Shown: one piece after another, positions 45,977 through 56,095 of the stretch | How positions within the stretch are numbered: the stretch's first letter is position 1 | How the letters are laid out: each line of letters opens with the position of its first letter | Virus record (IMG/VR): IMGVR_UViG_3300027973_000032 | Location: 32,001 to 96,000 of that record | Strand: one strand, 5' to 3' | DNA length: 64,000 nt | Source: a virus | The notes under the pieces: model-generated | The model's database searches: none | What the model was told of the DNA's origin: nothing | What the model saw: the letters and a program-made list of their open reading frames with translations, nothing else | Made by a program: the position numbers and the translations under genes

Positions 45977-47129
45977 CAATTTTTACGCTCAATGGTGTGG
46001 TAGCTGTATAGTATACAATAAGATCACAGGCATTGCAATAGGTTACACTTCGATTATTTCTAAAACTATTTGTGAATGTTATTGCAGCATCTGGGTACCA
46101 TTCATTATCAATCATAAATTTTGGTATTTTTCCATTTGCAATACCTACAATTTTGGTATTTTTGTCTAATTTTTTATTAAAAGAATTTTCTGCAATTAGT
46201 TTATTAAATTCTTTTCCATCACTTTTGTTATCAAATCTAAAATAAATTCCCACATTATTTTCACATAATTCATTTAGGGAATTTTTCACATTTTTTAGTT
46301 GTTCTACGCAATCTACTGGTTTATACTCGTCAAAAATCAGTAAAATTTTGTCTCTTTTTAATGACAGTAAATTTTTTAAAATGTCAGTTAGAGTGACCTG
46401 TTTAGGGTCCAAGTACACTGGAGCTTTTTTTCTACTAGCAATTTTATAGGCCAAACTTTCTTCAGTATTTTTGTCAAATTTTGGTGAAAAATGGTATTGA
46501 TAGCGAATTTTTCGATCTAAAATTAATAAGTCATTTTGTAAAATATCTTCTTTGATTTTTTCTTGATTAAAATTAGTAAAATTAAATTTTGATTGAATTT
46601 TTTCAACATCAACGTTTTTAACTTTTTCTAAAATTTCTAAAAAATCGTCAGAAAATTCAAAATTTAGTGGTTCTAACACCTTATGTATATTGACACAGGC
46701 TCTTTCCTCCAATACAAAAAAGATATGTTTTCCCTCATTGTACTTTTTGTCAATTTGAGCAACTTTTTCTAAGCCTTTTAAAATTTTTATGATCTCACTG
46801 TCATAGCTAAAATACACATCTATCAAAAAATTCTTATTTGGGGATTGAATAACGCTGACTTTTCTAATTACTTCCAGAGTTTTAAATTTTTTCCTCCAAG
46901 TAGGATTTTTTATAGCAAAAACCAAACTGGGACCAATAAAAGTCAAATAGTCTAAATTATTTTTTAGAATTTTTAAAATCAAATTAGCTTGACTTTCGGT
47001 AATATAGGTGTCGGAGTTTAACAAAACTGGCATATTTTCCAATATGCGTCTATCTCTATGGGAGACACATCGATTTAAGTTTTCAACCCCAAACTTATCT
47101 AATTCAAAAATGATATCATCTACATACAT
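45963..47129 (-). CDS. Hypothetical protein
   Basis: 388-aa ORF coupled to uvsW. Confidence 0.7.
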   Translation of the reverse strand: MYVDDIIFELDKFGVENLNRCVSHRDRRILENMPVLLNSDTYITESQANLILKILKNNLDYLTFIGPSLVFAIKNPTWRKKFKTLEVIRKVSVIQSPNKNFLIDVYFSYDSEIIKILKGLEKVAQIDKKYNEGKHIFFVLEERACVNIHKVLEPLNFEFSDDFLEILEKVKNVDVEKIQSKFNFTNFNQEKIKEDILQNDLLILDRKIRYQYHFSPKFDKNTEESLAYKIASRKKAPVYLDPKQVTLTDILKNLLSLKRDKILLIFDEYKPVDCVEQLKNVKNSLNELCENNVGIYFRFDNKSDGKEFNKLIAENSFNKKLDKNTKIVGIANGKIPKFMIDNEWYPDAAITFTNSFRNNRSVTYCNACDLIVYYTATTPLSVKIDDIM

Positions 47130-47146
47130 AAGGCAATTATATACGA

Positions 47147-48004
47147 TTAAACTAATGGTGTCAACTTAACTTTACTTAATAATCTTTCTAAAGGTAAGCC
47201 TGATGCAATTTCTTCTTGGGTCCACTCGGTATGCACAATTTTTTTGAACCATTCAGTTCTATCTACTAGTATTGGCTCATTAATTTGGTCAAGACTGATT
47301 GAAACTTCATGTGCCAAACTGGAATGGTCTGTAAGTACTGGTGTGCCATTCAAGGCTGCTTGTACAGCAATACCGCTATTATAGTTGATTACAACGGAAT
47401 AGTCAAAATCTAAGTCATATTTGTCATAGGTATTGGCAATCTTAGTAGGCGTACTCATGAATATATTATTTCCTGTAAAATTTCCAATATAAAATCTTGG
47501 ATGCGGACGAACTACGATAGGTCTATCTGTATATTGCCTTATTTTTTCTATTTGTGCCTTAATCCATTCACGTACAGTCAATGGCGACGTCCATTGTAGG
47601 CTATTTTCATGTTGTGCTGCAATCAATATAGGTGATTGACTGTCAATTTTCCTAGTAACTAAGTTAATATCTAATTTTTTACTTCTGTCTGCGTCTAAAT
47701 TTTCAGTATTGGCATAATCACCATATTTTGTAATATTGTTTAAGGCAACTTTCCAAGTTCTTCCACGATCCAATGCACCTACTTCAATTATGAAAACAGG
47801 TTTTCCTTGTTTTCTGTAATGTTCGTAGACTAACTGATTTTTTTCCATCCTACCTTGCCATAGTACACTCCAAATTAAAGCTGCATCAGCTGTCATGCTA
47901 TTTTCCACGGCAGTGATATTAAATTTTTTGCAGCTATCTAAAAAACTTTGCCAAATTGGTTGAGATTTCTGAGCTGTTTGGTCGGGAAAGTAGGATATAT
48001 ACAT
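47147..48004 (-). CDS. Capsule-polysaccharide-biosynthesis-like (KpsS/KpsC-type) glycosyltransferase
   Basis: IEVG, VVRPHP, NYNSGIAVQAALNGTPV, EWTQEEI.SG. Confidence 0.7.
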   Translation of the reverse strand: MYISYFPDQTAQKSQPIWQSFLDSCKKFNITAVENSMTADAALIWSVLWQGRMEKNQLVYEHYRKQGKPVFIIEVGALDRGRTWKVALNNITKYGDYANTENLDADRSKKLDINLVTRKIDSQSPILIAAQHENSLQWTSPLTVREWIKAQIEKIRQYTDRPIVVRPHPRFYIGNFTGNNIFMSTPTKIANTYDKYDLDFDYSVVINYNSGIAVQAALNGTPVLTDHSSLAHEVSISLDQINEPILVDRTEWFKKIVHTEWTQEEIASGLPLERLLSKVKLTPLV

Positions 48005-48020
48005 ATATTATTATTTAATC

Positions 48021-48830
48021 TTGAAACTACCACCTTTATTAGGGGAATTCCCCCAAACTGATGTTTGTTTTTATGTAGCTGCCGATGAAACGTATTTTAA
48101 TCAGCATGCCAAGCCTTTGATTGGCAGTATTAGGCAGTATTTTTCATATCCCATACACTTTCATTTATATAATCCTAGTGATGTGTCAAAAAAATGGTGT
48201 GGAGTCAATGATATCAGTTATAGTTATGAAGTTGTTGACATAAAAATTGTAGATCCAGCATTTGACATTTATCGCAACATGCCCACTGATGTAGAATTAC
48301 AGCGACGTCGCAGCAAAATGATCAAGCCTGGTGAAAATGTTGAAAAAATTCGTAATGAGTTGATAAAAACATATTATGCCTGTACTAGATTTGTGAGATT
48401 GAGTGAATTATTGATCAAGCCTACTTATATTATTATGTTAGACACTGACAGTTTAGTTAGAAATAAGTTTTACTTATTAAGTAAGGATTGTGACATTCAT
48501 ATCTATGAAAAAAATCATAGAAGCCATGTAAACTATACTCAACATTTAGCCAGTACTATATTTTATACTGGTACACAAGGTAGTTTTGATTTAATTCAAG
48601 ATCATGCTAGATTAATCTTAGAAGAATACGTTAAAGATACACTATATTGGTTTTTAGATCAAGAAACATTAGATGTAGCCATACAAAAGTATTCTAAACA
48701 GCCATTATCATTAAGTTTCGTAGACTTTGAAATGAAAGACGCCAGTAATATATGGTGTGCCAAAGGTCCTAGAAAGAATTTACCTGTTTGGTTGGGCGAA
48801 ATCAAAAAGTACATGCCTATAAACATCTAA
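48021..48830 (+). CDS. GT-A fold glycosyltransferase-like protein
   Basis: YYACTRF, LDTDSL (DxD), WFLDQETL, WCAKG; TTG start. Confidence 0.65.
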   Translation: MKLPPLLGEFPQTDVCFYVAADETYFNQHAKPLIGSIRQYFSYPIHFHLYNPSDVSKKWCGVNDISYSYEVVDIKIVDPAFDIYRNMPTDVELQRRRSKMIKPGENVEKIRNELIKTYYACTRFVRLSELLIKPTYIIMLDTDSLVRNKFYLLSKDCDIHIYEKNHRSHVNYTQHLASTIFYTGTQGSFDLIQDHARLILEEYVKDTLYWFLDQETLDVAIQKYSKQPLSLSFVDFEMKDASNIWCAKGPRKNLPVWLGEIKKYMPINI

Positions 48831-49805
48831 AACTGAAAATATTTCTTTTTTTAAATTAATTTTAAATTGATCTAAATTTATCAGATTTAGTAATTGTTTA
48901 GCTTGTGGTGAATTTAAAAAATAGTGACCACTCACTAATAATTTAGTTTCATCGTCATCTATATTTGAAGTGATCCATTTTTTCCATACTTCTTTTTTAA
49001 GTACATATTCTTTAAAAATATTATATTCTATTTTAAAATATTTGCCTAAGTTCAGTAAATTTTTTGTATGAATTACACCTAATTGAGGGGCAATATTTAA
49101 TGAATCTACCCCGGCTTGTTTACGCAAACTAATATTTGCTGCTGTTAAATAGTCAGCATTATGTTCTTTAAACAAAAAGTCATTAGAATGAATAATATCA
49201 GCTAGTTTAGTGTTGTTTAATAAGGAAAAATTTCCTACTTGTTCATGTTTAGTAAGACTGCCAGTTCTTCCAACTAGGAATTTTATATTAGATTTATATT
49301 TTTTACTAAACTCAATATCGTCATATATTTGATTAATATTTTCTTCTTCAGAAAGATTATCCTCGCTGCCAAATTCTAAAAATATTTCATTATTCAATTT
49401 TAGAATGTGACTGATAAACTCATCTGCTATGATATATTTTTTTTCATCAGAAACTCTACTAGGGTCTATATGAATCAAATCAAAATCATTTTTAATGTCA
49501 GATTCAATTGTGCTGATACAATTTTTTACAGCGTCTTCAATTGATAAGTTGTTATCAATATCTGCATAGTAAGGACCACAATGATCTCTACATATAAGTA
49601 TCCTATTAGGATCATAGTTTATATTAGATTTGACAAAATTTACTAATTTTTCTGTAGTAAATGAATATCCAGTATAAGCGTCAACCTGATTTCTACTGGC
49701 AATGATCATCATAGGGAAATTATTAACTTTGCTATATTCTAAGCAAATATCAACAATTTCTGGGCTCATAGGCCCTATACCTAATTTAAATTTGCTCAAG
49801 TCCAT
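48780..49805 (-). CDS. GatZ/KbaZ-like TIM-barrel (tagatose-phosphate aldolase/epimerase family)
   Basis: IASRNQVD..GY, RDHCGP, IHIDPS, KEHNADY, NIAPQLG. Confidence 0.7.
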   Translation of the reverse strand: MDLSKFKLGIGPMSPEIVDICLEYSKVNNFPMMIIASRNQVDAYTGYSFTTEKLVNFVKSNINYDPNRILICRDHCGPYYADIDNNLSIEDAVKNCISTIESDIKNDFDLIHIDPSRVSDEKKYIIADEFISHILKLNNEIFLEFGSEDNLSEEENINQIYDDIEFSKKYKSNIKFLVGRTGSLTKHEQVGNFSLLNNTKLADIIHSNDFLFKEHNADYLTAANISLRKQAGVDSLNIAPQLGVIHTKNLLNLGKYFKIEYNIFKEYVLKKEVWKKWITSNIDDDETKLLVSGHYFLNSPQAKQLLNLINLDQFKINLKKEIFSVLDVYRHVLFDFAQPNR

Positions 49806-50271
49806 TTATTACTTTTTCTAAATACAAACATGCATCTAAAACAGCACCCTCGCCTGCACGAGAGCATGTTACATATTTTGCTGCTTCTCTTGCTTCTATT
49901 CTTGCCGAAATTGGTGCTATACCAATTTTAACTCTTTTCAATATAGGCGCATCATTATACCCATCAGCTATGTATGCTGTAGTGTCAAAATTGCAGTTTT
50001 TTTCAAACCATCCCATACGATCCTCTTCTGTAACTAATAATAATTGCGAAGGATCATATTTCCAATCTTTTACAATTCGGGCATAAGTTATGTCCCAACC
50101 AGTTACATCTGCTGTAATAAAAGTAATATCATTCAAATATTTTTTTATTATTTTAAATCCATCTTTGTCATGTGGACCAAAGACTTTGAACATTTTTCCT
50201 TGACTGCTATATAAAATATGTCCAGTGTTAAGTACTCCGTCAACATCTAATACTAGTTTATTAATTATCAT
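49786..50271 (-). CDS. KdsC-like HAD phosphatase
   Basis: LDVDGVL..G, DKDG, ADGYND, AGEGAV. Confidence 0.8.
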   Translation of the reverse strand: MIINKLVLDVDGVLNTGHILYSSQGKMFKVFGPHDKDGFKIIKKYLNDITFITADVTGWDITYARIVKDWKYDPSQLLLVTEEDRMGWFEKNCNFDTTAYIADGYNDAPILKRVKIGIAPISARIEAREAAKYVTCSRAGEGAVLDACLYLEKVINGLEQI

Positions 50272-50959
50272 CTTCAATTTCCAATTGACTCAAAGTTATT
50301 CCAGTGTAAATTTCAAATTGTTTTTTAAATTGTTGTTGGTAAAACTCTTTTCCGCCTACATATTTAATACTAGATAATGTGGCCTGTTTTTTTAAATCAT
50401 TTTCATTTATAGCCAAATCAATTATGTAATTTATTTTTGGCAATTTGGTAAAAGGACTGTCCTTGGTAGAAGTTCCCAAGCTTGTGCAGTTTATTACCGT
50501 TCCAGTTAATGAGTATATTTTATGCCAGTTGCCCAAGGAACGACTATAGACATTAGCTCGATTATTTAAAATCTTTTTGAACATATTTCCCATTGCACCG
50601 TTGCCTAATATATTAATAGGCTCATATTCTGGCACATTTTTCAATACATGTATTGCTCCATAATAATCAGTGTTATAACCAATATATTTTTGATCAATAT
50701 TCACTACTGTATTACAGCTATTGAATTGTGTAACTAATTTATCTACTGAATCTAACAACGATATCACCGACGATTTATAAGGCATGCTTACACTAAATCC
50801 ATTAATATTAGATTTTTTTAATTGAGTTACACTTTCAATTATATTTTCGCATGCTAAGGCATTATAAGTATATGGTAAATTTTTTAAAGTAAAAAACTTA
50901 CGATAATAGTTTTCTCCTGTTTTGCCAGGATATCTACTTAAACTAACATAATTTTTCAA
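50261..50959 (-). CDS. Shikimate/quinate dehydrogenase (AroE)-like oxidoreductase
   Basis: GFSVSMPYK, NTV, GYNTD, GNGAMG, NCTSLG, QFEIYTG. Confidence 0.8.
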   Translation of the reverse strand: MKNYVSLSRYPGKTGENYYRKFFTLKNLPYTYNALACENIIESVTQLKKSNINGFSVSMPYKSSVISLLDSVDKLVTQFNSCNTVVNIDQKYIGYNTDYYGAIHVLKNVPEYEPINILGNGAMGNMFKKILNNRANVYSRSLGNWHKIYSLTGTVINCTSLGTSTKDSPFTKLPKINYIIDLAINENDLKKQATLSSIKYVGGKEFYQQQFKKQFEIYTGITLSQLEIEDDN

Positions 50960-50960
50960 T

Positions 50961-51875
50961 TTACAATAAACTATGTTTAGTTATGTATTCAGCTAGTTCT
51001 TTAGCCCAAATTGCATGTCCTTCAGGACTAGGGTGTATTCCAGTAATTGGGTCATCAATATTAGAATTTTCTATAAAAGATTTGAATGAGTTACTAGTCT
51101 GATTTTTGTTATAATATCTAATATCGTCAATTTCTGCCCAAAGATTTGAAAAATGAAATGGGGAAGCCTGTCTAACACCTAGATTTTTAGAATCAAAAAA
51201 GTTTGTATAACCCAACATAGAATTGTCTAGCTTTTTTAGCTCATCATGTAAATCTAAATCTGTCCAATTACTAATATGCCTTACACCGCCTTCTCGAATT
51301 GTCCCGTTTCCTTGATAAAATGCATTAAAGTGTAAAAATTTAATTCCATTTGATTTACAAAAATGTTCAAATGTGAGTAAATTGATTATATGTCTCACTA
51401 TATATTCTTCAGGATTCCAAAAATTCATAGCATAAATTTTCCAAAATTTATAAATGTCAGAATCCGTTGGGAAGCCAATACCATGCGGGCTAAGTCTATA
51501 TATAAAACTTTCTGATGGATTTGTTGGATTTTTGTACCAAAATTCTCTACGCTCCGGGGTAGTCCAACCGTGTATTATCATCAAGTTATCACTGGTAAAA
51601 GTTTTATTTTGTAATCCTTGAAGTACAAAATTTATAGTTCTATTTAAGATTGCATTGTTATCATCAGCTACTCTACCAATATTAATTGTTCGTACATTTA
51701 GTTCCCTAGACAAACAAGTTGGCCAAATTCTATCAACTCGATAACTATCATTTTCTATTAACAACTCAAGTTCCCAAACTGATTTTTCAGGGTATTTTGT
51801 AAAGAGCTCTGGTAGAAATATTTCAGAACCATATGTCCAACTGTCACCATTACAAATAATTACTTTATCATTCAT
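50961..51875 (-). CDS. SGNH-hydrolase-like protein
   Basis: NGDSWTYG and HPSPEGH..WA. Confidence 0.65.
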   Translation of the reverse strand: MNDKVIICNGDSWTYGSEIFLPELFTKYPEKSVWELELLIENDSYRVDRIWPTCLSRELNVRTINIGRVADDNNAILNRTINFVLQGLQNKTFTSDNLMIIHGWTTPERREFWYKNPTNPSESFIYRLSPHGIGFPTDSDIYKFWKIYAMNFWNPEEYIVRHIINLLTFEHFCKSNGIKFLHFNAFYQGNGTIREGGVRHISNWTDLDLHDELKKLDNSMLGYTNFFDSKNLGVRQASPFHFSNLWAEIDDIRYYNKNQTSNSFKSFIENSNIDDPITGIHPSPEGHAIWAKELAEYITKHSLL

Positions 51876-53421
51876 ATTCTATTCCTTGAAATAATTTAAT
51901 TCCTAAATACCATAAAAATAAATCAAAAGGTGCGGCATGTAGAGGACTCATGTTCCAATATATGATTGGGATTAGCGTTTGTACTTTTTTGTAATCGTAT
52001 CCTTGATTTATTATAAATTCTTTAAGTTGTTTTTGATATATTGTAATTTGATCTACACTTGGGATAGATAAAGTAACATTATCATTGTCTATTTTAATAT
52101 CAAAATTATGTTCTTTAATTTTAGAATAGTTAATTATTAATCCACCTGCTAATTTAGCTAGATCATAATAGATATCGCCAAACTCAACTACATTACCAAA
52201 TTCATGTCTCCAGTCTATTACTTTGAATTCACCGTCATTATTGATAATAGTATTATCAAAATGTAAATCACCATGAATGAAACCTGGCAATGTAGTATTG
52301 CTCAAATAGTCCCAATCAATCTTATCTAAATAATAGCCATAATCATTAACTTTTACTCCATCAATAAAATTAATTTGTTTGAGGTTTGGATATTTTTCTA
52401 AAAACTTATTGACTCGTGATAGAGTTTTATTTTTATAAAATTCAATCGATGCATTAGTAATATCTATGTCTACCAACAACCAAACATCATCTTTTAACCA
52501 ATTAAGATATGAAGCAAATATATTTGAATCATTACGTTCATATAATATTTTACCATCAAAATAATCATATGCCATAAAGTTACCAATATGTTCACAATTG
52601 GATGGGAAAACTGAAGGATTTTTTAATGTTTTAATATATTTTTTCTTTGGAGTTGATGAATCTAGCCACCATTTAACTACACGATTATTACAGATATAGG
52701 TTAATTCATTTTCTTTAGTGAAATCAAATTTTTGGCTTTTATTCAATTCAATTTGATAATTTATAGGATTACCAAAGTCCTGCCATGAGTTTAAATTGGC
52801 CACATTATCACCTAACTGTATCGAGTAAATTAATTCTTCAGAATTAATTTGTTCTAAACTATCAAAAAAATTCTTATACTCATGTATGTACATTAGCCCA
52901 GTAAAGGCCTTATTTGTATGCGGGGTATGTTGTTTAAATGTTATTTTACTAATTTTTTGATTGTCATCCACGTCAAACATAGTATACAAATGTGTGTCTT
53001 TTTCTAAAATTGTCTTTACAAAATAACAATTTTTATCTGTTACTTTATCAACAATTGATTCATTAAAATAAGTATCACAGGGTACGTACCAAAATGGACC
53101 GTTTACCTTTTCTCTGCAATGTCGTAATGTATATGAAGTTCCAGATTTACTACTAACATAGTCATCTATTTGAACAAATTCAATATCTCGATTAGCATAC
53201 GCTATTTTACAAAAGTCTTTAATTTGATCGGCCAAGAAACCAACTGGAATGATAAATTTAGCATCTACAGGAAATTGATCAATAATGTGTGATATGACTG
53301 GTTTAAATTTATAGGGCAGTAATGCTTTGTTAAGATTTTTTGTATAATTTTTCATTCTACTGCCCAATCCAGCAGTAGGTATAATAACAATGCTATTCGT
53401 GCTCGTATCTAATTCTACCAT
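51868..53421 (-). CDS. Fused nucleotidyltransferase and APH/choline-kinase-like phosphotransferase
   Basis: N-terminal TAGLGSRM..NKALLP; C-terminal IHGDLHFDN, IDWR, YYDLAKL. Confidence 0.85.
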   Translation of the reverse strand: MVELDTSTNSIVIIPTAGLGSRMKNYTKNLNKALLPYKFKPVISHIIDQFPVDAKFIIPVGFLADQIKDFCKIAYANRDIEFVQIDDYVSSKSGTSYTLRHCREKVNGPFWYVPCDTYFNESIVDKVTDKNCYFVKTILEKDTHLYTMFDVDDNQKISKITFKQHTPHTNKAFTGLMYIHEYKNFFDSLEQINSEELIYSIQLGDNVANLNSWQDFGNPINYQIELNKSQKFDFTKENELTYICNNRVVKWWLDSSTPKKKYIKTLKNPSVFPSNCEHIGNFMAYDYFDGKILYERNDSNIFASYLNWLKDDVWLLVDIDITNASIEFYKNKTLSRVNKFLEKYPNLKQINFIDGVKVNDYGYYLDKIDWDYLSNTTLPGFIHGDLHFDNTIINNDGEFKVIDWRHEFGNVVEFGDIYYDLAKLAGGLIINYSKIKEHNFDIKIDNDNVTLSIPSVDQITIYQKQLKEFIINQGYDYKKVQTLIPIIYWNMSPLHAAPFDLFLWYLGIKLFQGIEYE

Positions 53422-53833
53422 GCGTTCTACCTCGATCATCTTGTAATCTAAAAACATCATCTAGCTCAGGAGAACTCATCTCGATAAATTCTAAGTCTGT
53501 ATTTGAATTTGCTATAACACGATGTACATATCCTGGGAATATATGAAAAACTATGCCAGGACTGAGCAGTATTATATCAAATGTTTTTTCATATTCTTCC
53601 ACTTCATTGGCAGGCATACCTTTTTCTAAAAAAGTTGATATATCAAATACCTGTTTACTGCGACGTAAAATCCCAGTGCCATTTAATACATAACTAGTTT
53701 CTATTTTATGCTGATGTACTTGAAGACTAGTTCGATGTCCGGCCAAAAATAATATTTTTTTACCAGCGTATGGGGTACTTGTACCATCAGCTATCCATAA
53801 TTCTTCACCCCAGTGTTTTTTTACAATTTTCAT
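53393..53833 (-). CDS. Cupin sugar isomerase (PMI type II C-terminal-like)
   Basis: KHWGEE, TSLQVH..KIET, PGYVHR, SSPELDDVFRLQDD. Confidence 0.8.
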   Translation of the reverse strand: MKIVKKHWGEELWIADGTSTPYAGKKILFLAGHRTSLQVHQHKIETSYVLNGTGILRRSKQVFDISTFLEKGMPANEVEEYEKTFDIILLSPGIVFHIFPGYVHRVIANSNTDLEFIEMSSPELDDVFRLQDDRGRTHGRIRYEHE

Positions 53834-53847
53834 ATTTTTATTTATAG

Positions 53848-54645
53848 CTATCCTGGTCCTTGCCAAATAAAGGGGGGATCACTGCCATAGTATTGTTGTT
53901 CACAATCGTAACACTCTTTAAAATTTAATGGATCAAGGTGTTTGCATTCTTCTCGAAATATTGAATATCCATTTTGATATTCAATAATGTCATTTTTAAT
54001 CTTTTTATATTTGATATTCATTAGTTTCATATAATCTATAAATTCTAATGTTTTAAAATCATTTTCTAACCAATATTTATACAAGTAAAACCAATATTCA
54101 CTAGCTTTTAACATATTACTAGCACTAGCAACCCAAAATACATCATCGATTCTAGTATCAATTAAATTATCAACTAAAAATATTTCTTGATTTAAATTAT
54201 ATTGATTTATTGCATTTTTTAAACTTCTATAAGAAGGAAATATAACATCAGTTCTTAATTTTACCATTACATCATATTGTTGATACTCAGAAGCCATTAA
54301 GACACTTTTTTGCCACGAATAAAATAATGGGACCCAATTCCCCCCAATTGATAATTTTCCATGTTTAGCTTCTATGCTAGATAAACATTCATTATAATTT
54401 TCAATTTCAATTTTTTTAGGCTGATATATCTGTTTAAGTTCTTCAAATCTTTCCATTGGGACTTGTGTGACTGGTCTAGGCTTAAAGGCTGTTGGACCCC
54501 AATGCTTACTTCGTAACTGCTCAATATCCCATGTGTGTATAAAAAAATCGCATTGGTCCCACAAATCTCCTATAAATCTTTTTAGATTAATAGATGATAA
54601 TGTAGAAGTTCGAGTCTGACCACTAAAACATATTGCTATTTTCAT
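53848..54645 (-). CDS. Putative glycosyltransferase, MKIAICFSGQxR family
   Basis: KIAICFSGQTR, FIHTW, YDVMVKLRTD. Confidence 0.65.
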   Translation of the reverse strand: MKIAICFSGQTRTSTLSSINLKRFIGDLWDQCDFFIHTWDIEQLRSKHWGPTAFKPRPVTQVPMERFEELKQIYQPKKIEIENYNECLSSIEAKHGKLSIGGNWVPLFYSWQKSVLMASEYQQYDVMVKLRTDVIFPSYRSLKNAINQYNLNQEIFLVDNLIDTRIDDVFWVASASNMLKASEYWFYLYKYWLENDFKTLEFIDYMKLMNIKYKKIKNDIIEYQNGYSIFREECKHLDPLNFKECYDCEQQYYGSDPPFIWQGPG

Positions 54646-55316
54646 CTTAAATCTCTAGGTATAATATTTTTTATAGCCAGCCATTTCCAAACTAATGCTT
54701 TATAATGCATGTTCTTATAAGCGGAGTCATAATAATCTGATTTTAATATTTGATACAGTGCTCCGTTACTATAATATCTATGAAAATTATTAACGACATC
54801 CATGGTCAATGAAGAACCAAAACAAAAGTCAGTATTAAATCTAGGAGTTTTGTAATCAGAATATTCTACACTATATTTCCCAAATACACTATTAGGATAA
54901 TTATCAATGCCTATATTTGTAATAGTATTAAATAATTCACCTTGACAATCAACGCTAAAATTAATATTTACTACAATATTGAATACTATGTCATGATCTA
55001 TTTCATATTTCCTTTTTAAGGTATTCACTTTCATCATACTATTAGTTATATCTGTATATTTGTCGGGTCTATTGTGTATTGCAGTTACTTCAGTTAAACA
55101 ACTTGGAACGGCGTTCAATTTAATATTCAAATCCGTATAATATTCATTATCTTTTATGACATAGGGTGTATCTATAATAGTAGATGTAAATCCATCATTA
55201 TTAAATTCAGTATATGAATGAGCAAATAGGCAATAGTTGCTTACTTTAGGATAAAGTAAATTTCTCATATCCTTATAGTTAAATCCATTACCAAATAAAC
55301 AAATTGCTATATTCAT
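54642..55316 (-). CDS. Divergent MKIAICFSGQxR family member
   Basis: NIAICLFG, FAHSY, LKRKYE. Confidence 0.55.
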   Translation of the reverse strand: MNIAICLFGNGFNYKDMRNLLYPKVSNYCLFAHSYTEFNNDGFTSTIIDTPYVIKDNEYYTDLNIKLNAVPSCLTEVTAIHNRPDKYTDITNSMMKVNTLKRKYEIDHDIVFNIVVNINFSVDCQGELFNTITNIGIDNYPNSVFGKYSVEYSDYKTPRFNTDFCFGSSLTMDVVNNFHRYYSNGALYQILKSDYYDSAYKNMHYKALVWKWLAIKNIIPRDLR

Positions 55317-56095
55317 ATGCTCGTATTTAATATTTCATTACCTTGAAGGAATCCCTTTCGTGCCATTGATTCAGCAGTAACTACGACTCTAGGATCAACG
55401 TTTGCAAAATCTAAATCTATCCCGATACTTTTTATATAATAATAAAAAATATATTCAGGAGGGGATCCTGGAATTAAATCTATTTCGTCTATAAATCTTA
55501 ATGCATCAATAAACCAACTAATTTGATCAAATGTAAAACTATCACAATGATAATATACATCGCCTATTGCATATTTGTCTAATTCCTTAGAAAATCTTCT
55601 ATGTATAGTATACACTGTGTTAGGTTTTACTTTGTCAATAGTTGGTCTGCTCTCAAATATAGAATCAGGACGCATACGAATAACAATATCATATTCAAAA
55701 TTATTTTCTAATTCATACTGTCTTTTTAAATTCGCCGATTTCATTAAACTATAAAATTGATTTCGATGCCAAGGTATTAATCTATTGGCTACTTTTTTTG
55801 AATACCAATTTTCTAAATTTGGCAAAACTTGAACATCGCCCCATATCTTTTTAGATCCAAATTCAATTTTTTTAGGCTTTAATGAATCTATTATAGTTTG
55901 TTTTTCATCAGCAGTTAATAATACATCCTCTGGAATTTTATCATATCCATTTTTAGATCCTTCAGGAACTGAGTTATAATCCCAAAAATGGCAGAAATAA
56001 TCAACATCCCCAAGCGGGGTTAAATTATCTATCCAATTTTGATAACAATATTTCCAAGTTCTTACTTGGCCACTAAAACATACTGCTATTTTCAT
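55313..56095 (-). CDS. Putative glycosyltransferase, MKIAVCFSGQxR family
   Basis: KIAVCFSGQVR, FCHFW, LKRQYE..YDIVIRMRPD. Confidence 0.65.
   Translation of the reverse strand: MKIAVCFSGQVRTWKYCYQNWIDNLTPLGDVDYFCHFWDYNSVPEGSKNGYDKIPEDVLLTADEKQTIIDSLKPKKIEFGSKKIWGDVQVLPNLENWYSKKVANRLIPWHRNQFYSLMKSANLKRQYELENNFEYDIVIRMRPDSIFESRPTIDKVKPNTVYTIHRRFSKELDKYAIGDVYYHCDSFTFDQISWFIDALRFIDEIDLIPGSPPEYIFYYYIKSIGIDLDFANVDPRVVVTAESMARKGFLQGNEILNTSI

Noticed and set aside
37249-46169. Numerous + strand ORFs antisense to the helicase, primase and uvsW genes
   Set aside because: These are shadow ORFs opposite well-supported genes, with no motifs or SD. The same applies to antisense ORFs elsewhere in the track.
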